In this document: one piece after another, positions 28,269 to 36,655 of the stretch
Position numbering within the stretch: position 1 is the stretch's first letter
Layout: every line of letters begins with the position of its first letter
Origin: an uncultured Acidobacteriota bacterium
GTDB lineage: Bacteria; Acidobacteriota; Thermoanaerobaculia; Gp7-AA8
Length of the DNA: 64,000 bases
Assembly (NCBI GenBank): GCA_937870635.1
Contig: CALMZP010000083.1
Span: 5,100-69,099 of the forward strand
Direction: 5' to 3'
Program-made: the position numbers and the translations under genes
The notes under the pieces: model-generated
The model's input: only the letters and a program-made list of their open reading frames with translations
Database searches by the model: none
What the model was told of the DNA's origin: nothing

Positions 28269-28643
28269 CTACGAGGACGACTTCCGAATGACCTGGGCCA
28301 TCGTGGCCGCCATCGTCTTCGCCGAGAACGGCTTCGGCGCGACCAGGCGCACTTCCGGGAAGTAGTCGACCAGTTCCGACTGGTAATCCTTCAGGAAGCG
28401 GGTCATGACGATGACAGGCACCTTGTGGCTGTTCGCGCGAAGGACGTCGAGAATCTGCAGGCCATGTCCGTCGGGGAGAAGAAGATCGAGGAGGATGCCG
28501 TCGAACTTGCCATGCTCGAGAGCCATCACGGCTGCAGTCGCCGTAGGCGCGAACTCGGTGTCCAGCGACTGAGCGCGAAACGCGTCGTCGATTTCGGCTA
28601 CGAGCGTGGAATCGTCTTCCACGACGAGAACATGCGGGCTCAT
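28269..28643 (-). CDS. single-domain response regulator (CheY-like receiver)
   Basis: VLVVEDD...DGILLDLLLPDGHG...K: phospho-acceptor Asp and conserved Lys present. Confidence 0.8.
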   Translation of the reverse strand: MSPHVLVVEDDSTLVAEIDDAFRAQSLDTEFAPTATAAVMALEHGKFDGILLDLLLPDGHGLQILDVLRANSHKVPVIVMTRFLKDYQSELVDYFPEVRLVAPKPFSAKTMAATMAQVIRKSSS

Positions 28644-28661
28644 CCGGAGTCCCCTTATAGC

Positions 28662-28690
28662 AAAAAAAAGCGCCCGCGGGGCGGGCGCTT
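28662..28690 (-). terminator. rho-independent terminator (A-tract/T-tract on both sides, possibly bidirectional)
   Basis: aaaaaaaagcgcccgcggggcgggcgctt, downstream of the CsgG-like gene on the minus strand. Confidence 0.55.
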
Positions 28691-28714
28691 GTCGAAGTTC
28701 ATTGCTGGTGCGGA

Positions 28715-29419
28715 TCAGTCGAGTTTGATCGACTTCTTGGTCTTCTCGCGGCGGGAGGTGTCCTTCTGGTCGAACTCCTCCATGCAGTCGTCCTGGTCGA
28801 CCATGGCGCAGGTGAGGTAATCCGCGATCTCGATGATCACGCCGCGGATCGCCTTGCCGGCCGGCGTCTTCTCGTGCTTCGCGAGGTTGCCGCCGAATCC
28901 ACCGCGATAGAGGCCAAGGTTAATGCCCTTCCCGGTGGAGCGCGCTTCGACGCTACGCGAATACTCGATGTCGCCGGTGGTCGTGTCGACGACGCGCAGG
29001 TCGACTGCGATGTAGGCGTCCTGCTTCTTGCCGCCGACGTTGATGCCGCGGAAGCTGATTCCGCCGCCCGTGCCCGCGGTGTTTTCCTCGAACGAGGAGA
29101 CCGTTGCGAAGATGAGGTATTTCGCGCCGGTGACTTTGCCGGCCTTCACTCGCGTGGCTTTGTTGACCCGGCCGGACTCGGAGAGGTCCTGCTCGGCGAG
29201 GATCTTGTCGAGTTTCTCGCGCTCGACGACACGGAACTTGCCCGTGGCCGCGAGCTCGTTGCTCAGCATGCCCGCCAGTTCCCGACCCACGCCGCCATAC
29301 CACCAGCCGGCGCTCGTCTCGTTGGTGAATTCCGCGACGCCTACCGCAGGATCAGCGGCAAACGCAGAAAAAGACATCAGAAGAAGAAGCAGGGACACAG
29401 AAAGCACGGACGTACGCAT
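28715..29419 (-). CDS. CsgG-family lipoprotein (curli-type secretion channel fold)
   Basis: Signal peptide, then VAEFTNETS...LSNELAATGKFRVVEREKLDKILAEQDLSESG matches the CsgG family pattern. GAGGAG RBS before the MRTSVL start. Confidence 0.75.
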   Translation of the reverse strand: MRTSVLSVSLLLLLMSFSAFAADPAVGVAEFTNETSAGWWYGGVGRELAGMLSNELAATGKFRVVEREKLDKILAEQDLSESGRVNKATRVKAGKVTGAKYLIFATVSSFEENTAGTGGGISFRGINVGGKKQDAYIAVDLRVVDTTTGDIEYSRSVEARSTGKGINLGLYRGGFGGNLAKHEKTPAGKAIRGVIIEIADYLTCAMVDQDDCMEEFDQKDTSRREKTKKSIKLD

Positions 29420-29535
29420 TTGATCTCCTCGGTTGTAAATGGATGGACCCCGAAATTGGAAATAACAGTATAACCCGACCCCCGGCCCGGCCGTGAGCCC
29501 CCTCACGGTCTGTGGTCAGCTTCAGTGATCAGCGG

Positions 29536-30402
29536 TCAGTGATCCGTGGTCTGCCCACGGCCCAGTCCGCTCATGGCGTCGTCCCAGAACTCGACCCGGT
29601 TCCGACCATGCTCCTTGGCGATGTACAGCGCCTTGTCGGCGCGGTCGATGAGCCCCGCGCCCGTGATGACGGTGTCGCTCGATTCGATGCCGGCCACGCC
29701 GATCGACGCCGTGACGACGACGGACGCGCCCGGCACGTCGACGCCCGTCATCTCGAGCCGTTCACGGATCCGGTTTGCGACGACGGACGTGTTGTCGAGC
29801 TTCGTCTCCGGCAGAAGGATGCAGAATTCCTCGCCGCCGTATCGCCCCGGCACGTCGTAGACACGGCAGCTTTCCCGAAGCAGCTTTCCGACCGATTGCA
29901 GGACCTGGTCGCCGGCCATGTGTCCGTACGTGTCGTTCACGTTCTTGAAATGATCGATGTCCAGCATCATCAGGGAGAGCGGTGCGCCATGGCGCAGCGA
30001 CCGGTTGATCTCGGCCTCGATCTTGTCCATCACGTACCAGCGGTTGTACAGACCGGTGAGCGAGTCGCGCGACGAGTTTTCGGAAAGAATCCGGTGCTTG
30101 ACGATCAGGTCGAGATTCTCGCGCTCGAGCCGGTTGACCCGGACCTGGAGCTCCTGCACGCGCACGGTGTTCTCTTCGGCGTGCCGGATCAGGTCGAAAA
30201 TCTCGTAGATGAGGTGGCGTTCGGCTTCGCTGAATGGCGCCCCACCCGCGGAGACCACGCTCAGATGGGGCAGCGGAAGGTGAACGGTGAATGCATCGGT
30301 TCGTTCCGCGCTCTGGCTGTCCACCACACGGAGCGGTTTCCTGAGCAGCGACGAAAGGGGGGCGAGGATGCGCGCGCCTGCCACATCGATGTCACGGGAC
30401 AT
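29536..30402 (-). CDS. diguanylate cyclase (GGDEF domain)
   Basis: GGDEF active site RYGGEEF, with DxLTGLYNR and HxxGD upstream motifs. Confidence 0.9.
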   Translation of the reverse strand: MSRDIDVAGARILAPLSSLLRKPLRVVDSQSAERTDAFTVHLPLPHLSVVSAGGAPFSEAERHLIYEIFDLIRHAEENTVRVQELQVRVNRLERENLDLIVKHRILSENSSRDSLTGLYNRWYVMDKIEAEINRSLRHGAPLSLMMLDIDHFKNVNDTYGHMAGDQVLQSVGKLLRESCRVYDVPGRYGGEEFCILLPETKLDNTSVVANRIRERLEMTGVDVPGASVVVTASIGVAGIESSDTVITGAGLIDRADKALYIAKEHGRNRVEFWDDAMSGLGRGQTTDH

Positions 30403-30478
30403 TGTTTGTCTCCTGGGAGGCCGCGAAGTATATGCGACGCTCGAGGCCGCCGCCAGCCTTCGATTTTGGTGAAAGGAA

Positions 30479-31432
30479 TCAGGCCCGCTGCTCGATGCGA
30501 AACCGGTTCACGCCCGCGCGGATCTCGTCCCCGCGCTGCACCTTCGTGTTCCGTGCAGGAAGTGTGTTGAGAAAGGTCCCGTTGCGGCTGCCGAGGTCGC
30601 GGACGCGAACCGTGCCGTCGGGATCGGCGATCACTTCGAAATGCTTGCGCGAGAGGAATTCGTCAGGAACCTGTACGTGACCTTCGCGGCCTACGATGAG
30701 GCCCGTCGCCGGAATCTCGAACTCCTGTCCGACGAGAGGCCCGTCGACGCAGACGAGCATGTTGCGTTTGCCGGCCCCCCCCTCGCGGGCCTTGCGCTCC
30801 AGCACGCGAAGGACCGAATCGTCGAACACATCGCTGTCGGCCAGCGCGATCGGCTCGACGGCCTTTCCGGGTTCCTCCGTGGGCTCGATGCTCACCAGAG
30901 CCGATCCGCAGCGCAGGAGATGCACTCCTTCGGCGAGGGTCGCTTCGGTGATCCGCTCGCCATCGAGGAACGTGCCCATGTGCGAGTCGGCATCGCGCAC
31001 GACGATCTCTCCGTTGCGGAGTGAGATCGAGCAGTGACGGATGTCGAGCTCTGCTTCCTCCAGCTCGATGTGCGATCCCTTCCGGCCGATCCACAGCGGA
31101 TGCTGACCGAGCGTGAACACGGTACTCATCGATTCGTTGACACCGCGCGCGACGATGCGCACCGAGCGGCTCACCATCTCGGCAGCGCTCATCGCCTCGG
31201 GCTCGTCGGAGATCTCCTCGAACGGCGAGGACTTCTGTTCGTCGACGCGGTAACCCTGCAGATCGACTTCCTTGATCTTGCCGGGATCGAGCATGCGCGC
31301 CAGGAGGGCCGCCTTGTTGCCGGCGATCCATTCGCCGCAATGACAGGTGGCGATGGAGTTGGGCAGCCGGACTGCGACCACGCCCGGAACGTCGTAGGCC
31401 TGGCCGCATTTCGGACAGCGGATGAGCGGCAT
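30479..31432 (-). CDS. Zn-ribbon plus tandem FHA-domain protein
   Basis: MPLIRCPKCG...C.C zinc ribbon. Two FHA cores (LWIGRKG...SISLRNGEIVVRDADSHMGTFLDGERI and IVGREG...SRKHFEV...VRVRDLGSRNGTFLN). ATG at 31432 preferred over the GTG that lies inside the repeat arm. Confidence 0.8.
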   Translation of the reverse strand: MPLIRCPKCGQAYDVPGVVAVRLPNSIATCHCGEWIAGNKAALLARMLDPGKIKEVDLQGYRVDEQKSSPFEEISDEPEAMSAAEMVSRSVRIVARGVNESMSTVFTLGQHPLWIGRKGSHIELEEAELDIRHCSISLRNGEIVVRDADSHMGTFLDGERITEATLAEGVHLLRCGSALVSIEPTEEPGKAVEPIALADSDVFDDSVLRVLERKAREGGAGKRNMLVCVDGPLVGQEFEIPATGLIVGREGHVQVPDEFLSRKHFEVIADPDGTVRVRDLGSRNGTFLNTLPARNTKVQRGDEIRAGVNRFRIEQRA

Positions 31433-31452
31433 GGGCGAATGATAGAACACCG

Positions 31453-31620
31453 GGTGCTTGGTGCTTGGTGCTTGGTGCTGCGATGCGGGTCAGCCACGTC
31501 ATCCCGAGGCGCGAAGACGCCGAAGGACCCCCAGGATGCGAAGATCGCGTCGATCGAGGCCCTTCTCTGTCTACGCGGCTCAGGGTGACGTGATCACCAA
31601 GCACCAAGCACAAAGCACCG
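31453..31620. repeat. composite palindrome: GGTGCTT x4 arms flanking a cacgtcatcc...gaaggacc core
   Basis: Left arm 31453-31481, right arm 31594-31620 (inverted). The core is related to the 56569-56668 palindrome. Confidence 0.7.
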
Positions 31621-31655
31621 AGACTCAGCACCTGCGCTACACTCCCGGTGGTCTC

Positions 31656-33743
31656 ATGCTGGTACCGGAAGAACAGGGGCAGGGGGCGGTTGGCGCCGGG
31701 ATGCGCACGAAGTTCATCGTGGCCTTCGCGGTGCAAACGATCTTCATCGCGGTCGCCATCGTTGTCCTTCAGCAGTGGCTCGTCAGGCGCGCGATGCAGC
31801 GGCAGACGGTCGACCAGGGGCGGGCCATCGCCAACACGGTCGACTCCACCGCTTCGTACTACGTTCTTTTCGGTCTCACCGACGATCTGAAGAACATCAC
31901 CACGGAACTGAAACGGAACACATCGATCGAGTATGCCGACTTCATCGGCGCCGACCGCTCGATCTTCGCCGCGACGCATCCCGAGGTTCCCGAGAGCGTG
32001 AAGACCGCGCCGGTCCGGAGGACCGACGGCCTGCCCGTCGGTGGCGGCCTTCATTACTTCATCGTCCCTTTCTACGAATCGCGTGCTGATGCCGCGAATC
32101 CGGCGACGCTGCCGCGCGGCTACTTCAGGCTTCTCACCAATGACAGCCACGCGACCGCGGCGATCGCCGATCTGCAGAAGTGGACGATCGGCACGGTGGT
32201 TGGCGCACTGGCGCTTTCCATCGCCCTGGCCTACTTCGCCGCGACGTTTTTCATCCGCCCCATTCTCAGCCTGGCCGGAACCGCGCAGCAGATCGCCCAG
32301 GGCGATCTGACGCAGCGCGCGGCCGTGCCTTCGACCGACGAAGTCGGAATTCTGGCCGAGGCGTTCAACTCGATGTCGGCGAATCTCGAACGGACCGTGC
32401 GGAGCGTCCTTCAGTCGCAGGCTAAGCTGAAATCGGTCGTCGAGACGGTCGACAGCCGTTCGCGCACGATGATCGATCGTGTCGACGAGCAGCGTTCCAT
32501 CATCGACGAGACGTCTCACTCGATCGACCGCCTCAACAGCGGTGTCCGCAAGATCACGGACAACGTCGAGGCGCTTTCTGCATCTTCGGAGGAGACATCG
32601 TCCTCGATGCTGGAGATGGTTGCTTCGATGGAAGAAGTCAGCCGGCATACGGACACGCTCTGGAGCTCCGTCGAGGAGACGGCCTCCGCCACTCACGAAA
32701 TGGTGTCGAGCATCAACGAGGTCGATCAGAACGTGGTCTACCTCCGCAACTTCGTCACCGAGACCTCGTCGTCGATGGTCGAGATGAGCGCGTCGATCGC
32801 CGAGGTGGAGTCGAACGCGGCGACGTCGTACGATCTGGCGCTCGCCGTTGCCGACGCGGCCGAATCGGGAATGAAGGCCGTTCGCGAGACCATCGAAGGG
32901 ATGGAGCAGATCCGCCGCTCCGTCGCTGAATCCAACGCGGTCGTCTCCCGCCTCGGCGACCGCTCCCTCGCCATCGGCAGGATCCTCAACGTCATAGAAG
33001 ACATCGCCGAGCAGACGAACCTGCTGGCACTGAACGCGGCGATCCTCGCTGCCCAGGCCGGCGAGTACGGCAAAGGGTTCTCGGTGGTGGCCGCGGAGAT
33101 TCGCGAGCTCTCCGAACGGACCGCGTCATCGACGCGCGACATCGGCGCGCTGATCAAGTCCGTGCAGGAAGAAGTCGGCAACGCGTCGAAGACGATGACC
33201 TCCGGATCGGGCCTCGTCGAAGAAGGCGTGAAGCTCTCCCACGAGGCGGGCCGCGCCCTCACACGCATCCTCGACTCCGCATCCAAAGCTTCGGGCATGG
33301 GCAAGGAGATCGCCAACGCGACGCGCGAGCAGGCCGTCGGAAGCGAGACCGTGACCCGCTCGGTCGAGCGGCTGCAGGAAATGGTGCGGCAGATCAGCGC
33401 CGCCACGGCGCAGCAGGCCGCCGGCTCGGACCATATCCTCAAGGCCGTCGAATCGATGCGCGAGGTGACGAAGTACGTGCGCCAGGCGATGGTCGAGCAG
33501 AAATCGGGTTCGACGATGATCTCGACAGCGACCGAGCGGATGATCGAGATGATCCACGAGATCTTCCAGGTCGCCGCCAATCAGGCCGGTGAGAGCGAGA
33601 AGATCGTCTCGATCATGGAGCAGGTGAAGATGATCGCCGAGGGGAATCGGACTTCGGCAGGCGACATGAGCGAGGCCATCTCGCTGCTCAACGAGGCCAT
33701 TCGCAGCCTCGACGACGAAGTGCGCAAGTTCCGGGTGCACTGA
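31656..33743 (+). CDS. methyl-accepting chemotaxis protein (TM-HAMP-MCP signal domain)
   Basis: HAMP (IAQGDLTQRAAVPSTDEVGILAEAFNSM) and the highly conserved MCP hairpin (EQTNLLALNAAILAAQAGEYGKGFSVVAAEIRELSERT). Confidence 0.85.
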   Translation: MLVPEEQGQGAVGAGMRTKFIVAFAVQTIFIAVAIVVLQQWLVRRAMQRQTVDQGRAIANTVDSTASYYVLFGLTDDLKNITTELKRNTSIEYADFIGADRSIFAATHPEVPESVKTAPVRRTDGLPVGGGLHYFIVPFYESRADAANPATLPRGYFRLLTNDSHATAAIADLQKWTIGTVVGALALSIALAYFAATFFIRPILSLAGTAQQIAQGDLTQRAAVPSTDEVGILAEAFNSMSANLERTVRSVLQSQAKLKSVVETVDSRSRTMIDRVDEQRSIIDETSHSIDRLNSGVRKITDNVEALSASSEETSSSMLEMVASMEEVSRHTDTLWSSVEETASATHEMVSSINEVDQNVVYLRNFVTETSSSMVEMSASIAEVESNAATSYDLALAVADAAESGMKAVRETIEGMEQIRRSVAESNAVVSRLGDRSLAIGRILNVIEDIAEQTNLLALNAAILAAQAGEYGKGFSVVAAEIRELSERTASSTRDIGALIKSVQEEVGNASKTMTSGSGLVEEGVKLSHEAGRALTRILDSASKASGMGKEIANATREQAVGSETVTRSVERLQEMVRQISAATAQQAAGSDHILKAVESMREVTKYVRQAMVEQKSGSTMISTATERMIEMIHEIFQVAANQAGESEKIVSIMEQVKMIAEGNRTSAGDMSEAISLLNEAIRSLDDEVRKFRVH

Positions 33744-34225
33744 TGGCCGACGGAGCGAACGGGCTTCGCCTCATCACGTTCAGGGTCGGGCCGGAGACCT
33801 TCGTCGTGGACATCATGGCCGTCCGCCAGATCATTCCTTACAGTGGATCGACCTCCGTCCCCACTGCACCGTCGTTCGTGGAGGGAGTGATCATCGTGAG
33901 GAACGACGTCATCCCCGTCGTCGACCTCCGCCGTCGTCTCTATCCGGATCTCGGCACAACCGACCGGGAGCCGCTTGTGCTCATCACGCATTCGACCGCC
34001 GGCACGATCGGCCTGAAGGTCGATGCGGTGCGGCGCATCATCAACGTCTCTCGCGACAAGCTGCTGCCGCCGCCGCCGCTGATCCGCGGTATCCGCGGAG
34101 AGCTGCTCATCGCGCTCATTCCGCACGGCGAAGAGGTCTACCTGCTCATCGATCTCGAAAGCGTGCTGACGGGCGACGAGCGCAGGGAGCTGGCCGATGC
34201 GCGGCTGCAGGGGAAGGCGGACTAG
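33743..34225 (+). CDS. cheW: chemotaxis coupling protein CheW
   Basis: CheW fold (FRVGPETFVVDIMAVRQII...VIPVVDLRRRL...GLKVDAV). The ATG overlaps the MCP stop (TGATG). Confidence 0.9.
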   Translation: MADGANGLRLITFRVGPETFVVDIMAVRQIIPYSGSTSVPTAPSFVEGVIIVRNDVIPVVDLRRRLYPDLGTTDREPLVLITHSTAGTIGLKVDAVRRIINVSRDKLLPPPPLIRGIRGELLIALIPHGEEVYLLIDLESVLTGDERRELADARLQGKAD

Positions 34226-34233
34226 GCCGTTTG

Positions 34234-34316
34234 GATCCTGGACCCTGGACCTTGGAATTGAGAGTCGAATGAGTACTCACGTCATCCTCGGCCGCGAAGA
34301 CGGTCGAAGGACCTCC
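34234..34316. repeat. GGACCTTG-like units plus a half copy of the cacgtcatcc...gaaggacc core
   Basis: gatcctggaccctggaccttgg, then cacgtcatcctcggccgcgaagacggtcgaaggacctcc. Confidence 0.45.
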
Positions 34317-34384
34317 GGTTCCGCTCTGGATTGTTTCACAGCCTCTCAGTGTGGCGCCGGCGCCCTCGCCGGCGCCCGAGAAGC

Positions 34385-35254
34385 TCACTCGCGAATGGCC
34401 TGAACGATCCACCCGTCGCCGGTCAGGTTGTCAACAGTGGCGCCGTAGGCACTCCACATGCCGGGCGTTCCCTGCGGAATCACGCTGGCCAGGAGTGGTC
34501 CCCAATTTCCAGCGGGAACGCCCACCTGGGCCATCGAGCAGCTCGGAACATCGAATGTCGCCGTTCCCGGCCCCTGCGTTGTGAGACCGTAGATTTCAGC
34601 TACAAATCTCTGCGGCACGCCTGAGCTGTCGAGGTTCACGACCCCGACATTCGTTCGATATTGCGCGTCGTGGCGGAGACCGATGATGTAGGTGCGAACC
34701 GCGCCGGAGAGGTCGCTCGCCGATACACCGGGGAAAGGCATGGAAACGGATCCGGAGGCGTTCGGCTGCAGCGTCCAGATTCGGGAAACAGCATCGATCC
34801 GAGCGTTCGGATCGACGGCGCCGGCGGCCGTAACTCCGACGATGAGCAGCGCTCCAAGCCCGCTGGCATTCAGCGTCTTGCCGACGAAGTCATCGTAATA
34901 CCGCCAACCCGAACCGAGGTCGATGATCCTCGTCGGATTATTGCAGTTGTTCGCGCCGCTCGGCATCCAGGCGACTTCGACTCGTTGAGACGTCCGGTAA
35001 TTGATCAGCGAAAGGTCCGTTCGGAAGTGTGTCCCGCCCGCGCCGGGCGTGTTGCCGGCCGCCGGAATCAGGACGGCCCCGGCGGGACGATTCGTCGAAA
35101 CGACCGCCGCTCGGAACGAGGCGTCGAAATCGCGGAGCTCGTCGACGAGTTCTCCGACGGTTCTGCCACTGTGAGCGAATTGCGCCTCCGATGGGAACGC
35201 CCAGCCGGCGATGAAGACGAAAACAACGTAGAGCGATGCGCGTTTTGAGGTCAT
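34385..35254 (-). CDS. secreted hypothetical protein (no recognisable domain)
   Basis: Signal peptide MTSKRASLYVVFVFIAGWAFPSEAQ. Gly/Thr/Asn-rich mature part. Divergent from the ECF sigma operon. Confidence 0.5.
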   Translation of the reverse strand: MTSKRASLYVVFVFIAGWAFPSEAQFAHSGRTVGELVDELRDFDASFRAAVVSTNRPAGAVLIPAAGNTPGAGGTHFRTDLSLINYRTSQRVEVAWMPSGANNCNNPTRIIDLGSGWRYYDDFVGKTLNASGLGALLIVGVTAAGAVDPNARIDAVSRIWTLQPNASGSVSMPFPGVSASDLSGAVRTYIIGLRHDAQYRTNVGVVNLDSSGVPQRFVAEIYGLTTQGPGTATFDVPSCSMAQVGVPAGNWGPLLASVIPQGTPGMWSAYGATVDNLTGDGWIVQAIRE

Positions 35255-35387
35255 TCCTGTTCTCCTCGCTGCGAATTTGGGCAGCTATCAACAACTCCCA
35301 TGCAGCGAATACGTGCGGCATGGCATTTCGGAATAACTTGACGTCATCGCTTCATGAGCATACTTTTTCGGAAACCACAATCAATCA

Positions 35388-35885
35388 ATGTTGTTCCGTG
35401 CCGCCGCCTCGCACGTATCCGCCATGGGAGACTTTGAAGATCTCTACGAACAGCACGTGAATGCCGTCTTCCGGTTCAGCCTGAGCTGCGTCGGTCGCCG
35501 GGACGTCGCCGAAGACATCACCAGCGAAGCCTTTCTCGCTCTTTATCGAAAGCTGGACGAGATCGATCGGAATCAATTGCCGGCATGGCTGCTCACGGTG
35601 GCGAAGAATCGGGCCCGCGACTACTGGCGGCATCGCCAGGTGGAGGAGCGGCACACCCAGCAGCCGGCGACGACGCAGGAGCCTTCCATCACATCTCTGG
35701 AGAAGCTGTTGGCCGATGCGACTGTGCTCAAACCGGTTCACCGGCTTTGCCTCAAGCTTCGCTATGTCTACGGCATGTCGCTGTCCGAGATTACAGTGCA
35801 GACGGGCTTGTCCGAAACACAGGTGAAGGGTCACCTCCAGTACGGACGCCGGCTGCTGCGAGAGCAGTATCGGAAGGTGTCGTGA
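35388..35885 (+). CDS. ECF-type RNA polymerase sigma factor
   Basis: Sigma-70 region 2 (DLYEQHVNAVFRF...EDITSEAFLALYRK...AWLLTVAKNRARDYWR) and region 4 (MSLSEITVQTGLSETQVKGHLQYGRRLLRE). The alternative start is ATG 35424. Confidence 0.85.
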   Translation: MLFRAAASHVSAMGDFEDLYEQHVNAVFRFSLSCVGRRDVAEDITSEAFLALYRKLDEIDRNQLPAWLLTVAKNRARDYWRHRQVEERHTQQPATTQEPSITSLEKLLADATVLKPVHRLCLKLRYVYGMSLSEITVQTGLSETQVKGHLQYGRRLLREQYRKVS

Positions 35886-36649
35886 TGGTGAACCGCGCAC
35901 CGGTCTTCGATCCTGACGAGCAGCAATTCATGGAGGAGTTCGGCTTGAGGCCGCGTGAGGGCAGTTGTCCTCCGCTCGACCAGCTGCTCGCTGCGAACGC
36001 CGGCGCGATGTCCGGCGCTCATCTCGAGACCTGCGCCTCGTGCGCTGCGCTGGTCCGCGATTTCACGTCGAGCGAAGCGGCTGATCTGCAACCGCCGGAG
36101 AAGGAGCGAATTCGCACTCGCGTCCGCGACCGCATCAGGACCGACCGCCGCCGCGCCCTCGCCATACCGCTCGCCATCGCCGCGGCCGTGGCGATCGTCG
36201 TCATCGGTCTCTCGCTCTGGTCGCCGCCTCGCCCCGCGGATGCCCCGCCCCGATCGACACCCGTCGCGGCAACGGCCGGCGAGGGCGCCGTCGCCACACG
36301 GAGAACGCCGCCGTCCGTGCCCGCTCGAGCGCTCGAGCCCGCGCCGGTGCGATTGCCGGCGGCGATGCTCACCTGGCGCAACGATGCCGATCGCCAGTTC
36401 GCCGGCGACTTCGGCCCCGCCATCGCGCTCTACCGCGACGCAAAATACGCCGAGGCGGCGGAGCAATTCGAGCAGGTCTCCAGACGCCATCCCTCCTCCG
36501 CTGAGGCCTTCTTCTACCTTGGCGTCTCACAACTGTTCCTGCGACGTCACGCCGATGCGATCGCAAACCTGCAGCGCGCGAGACAGCTCGATCGCGGTGC
36601 ACTGTCGGATCTCATCGACCGGTATCTCGCATTTGCGCACCAAAGGTGA
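35885..36649 (+). CDS. anti-sigma factor (ZAS-like HxxxCxxC, single TM, periplasmic TPR-like domain)
   Basis: The start overlaps the sigma stop (TGATG). Motif HLETCASCAAL, TM segment ALAIPLAIAAAVAIVVIGLSLW, C-terminal TPR-like helices. Confidence 0.65.
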   Translation: MVNRAPVFDPDEQQFMEEFGLRPREGSCPPLDQLLAANAGAMSGAHLETCASCAALVRDFTSSEAADLQPPEKERIRTRVRDRIRTDRRRALAIPLAIAAAVAIVVIGLSLWSPPRPADAPPRSTPVAATAGEGAVATRRTPPSVPARALEPAPVRLPAAMLTWRNDADRQFAGDFGPAIALYRDAKYAEAAEQFEQVSRRHPSSAEAFFYLGVSQLFLRRHADAIANLQRARQLDRGALSDLIDRYLAFAHQR

Positions 36650-36655
36650 AACCCC

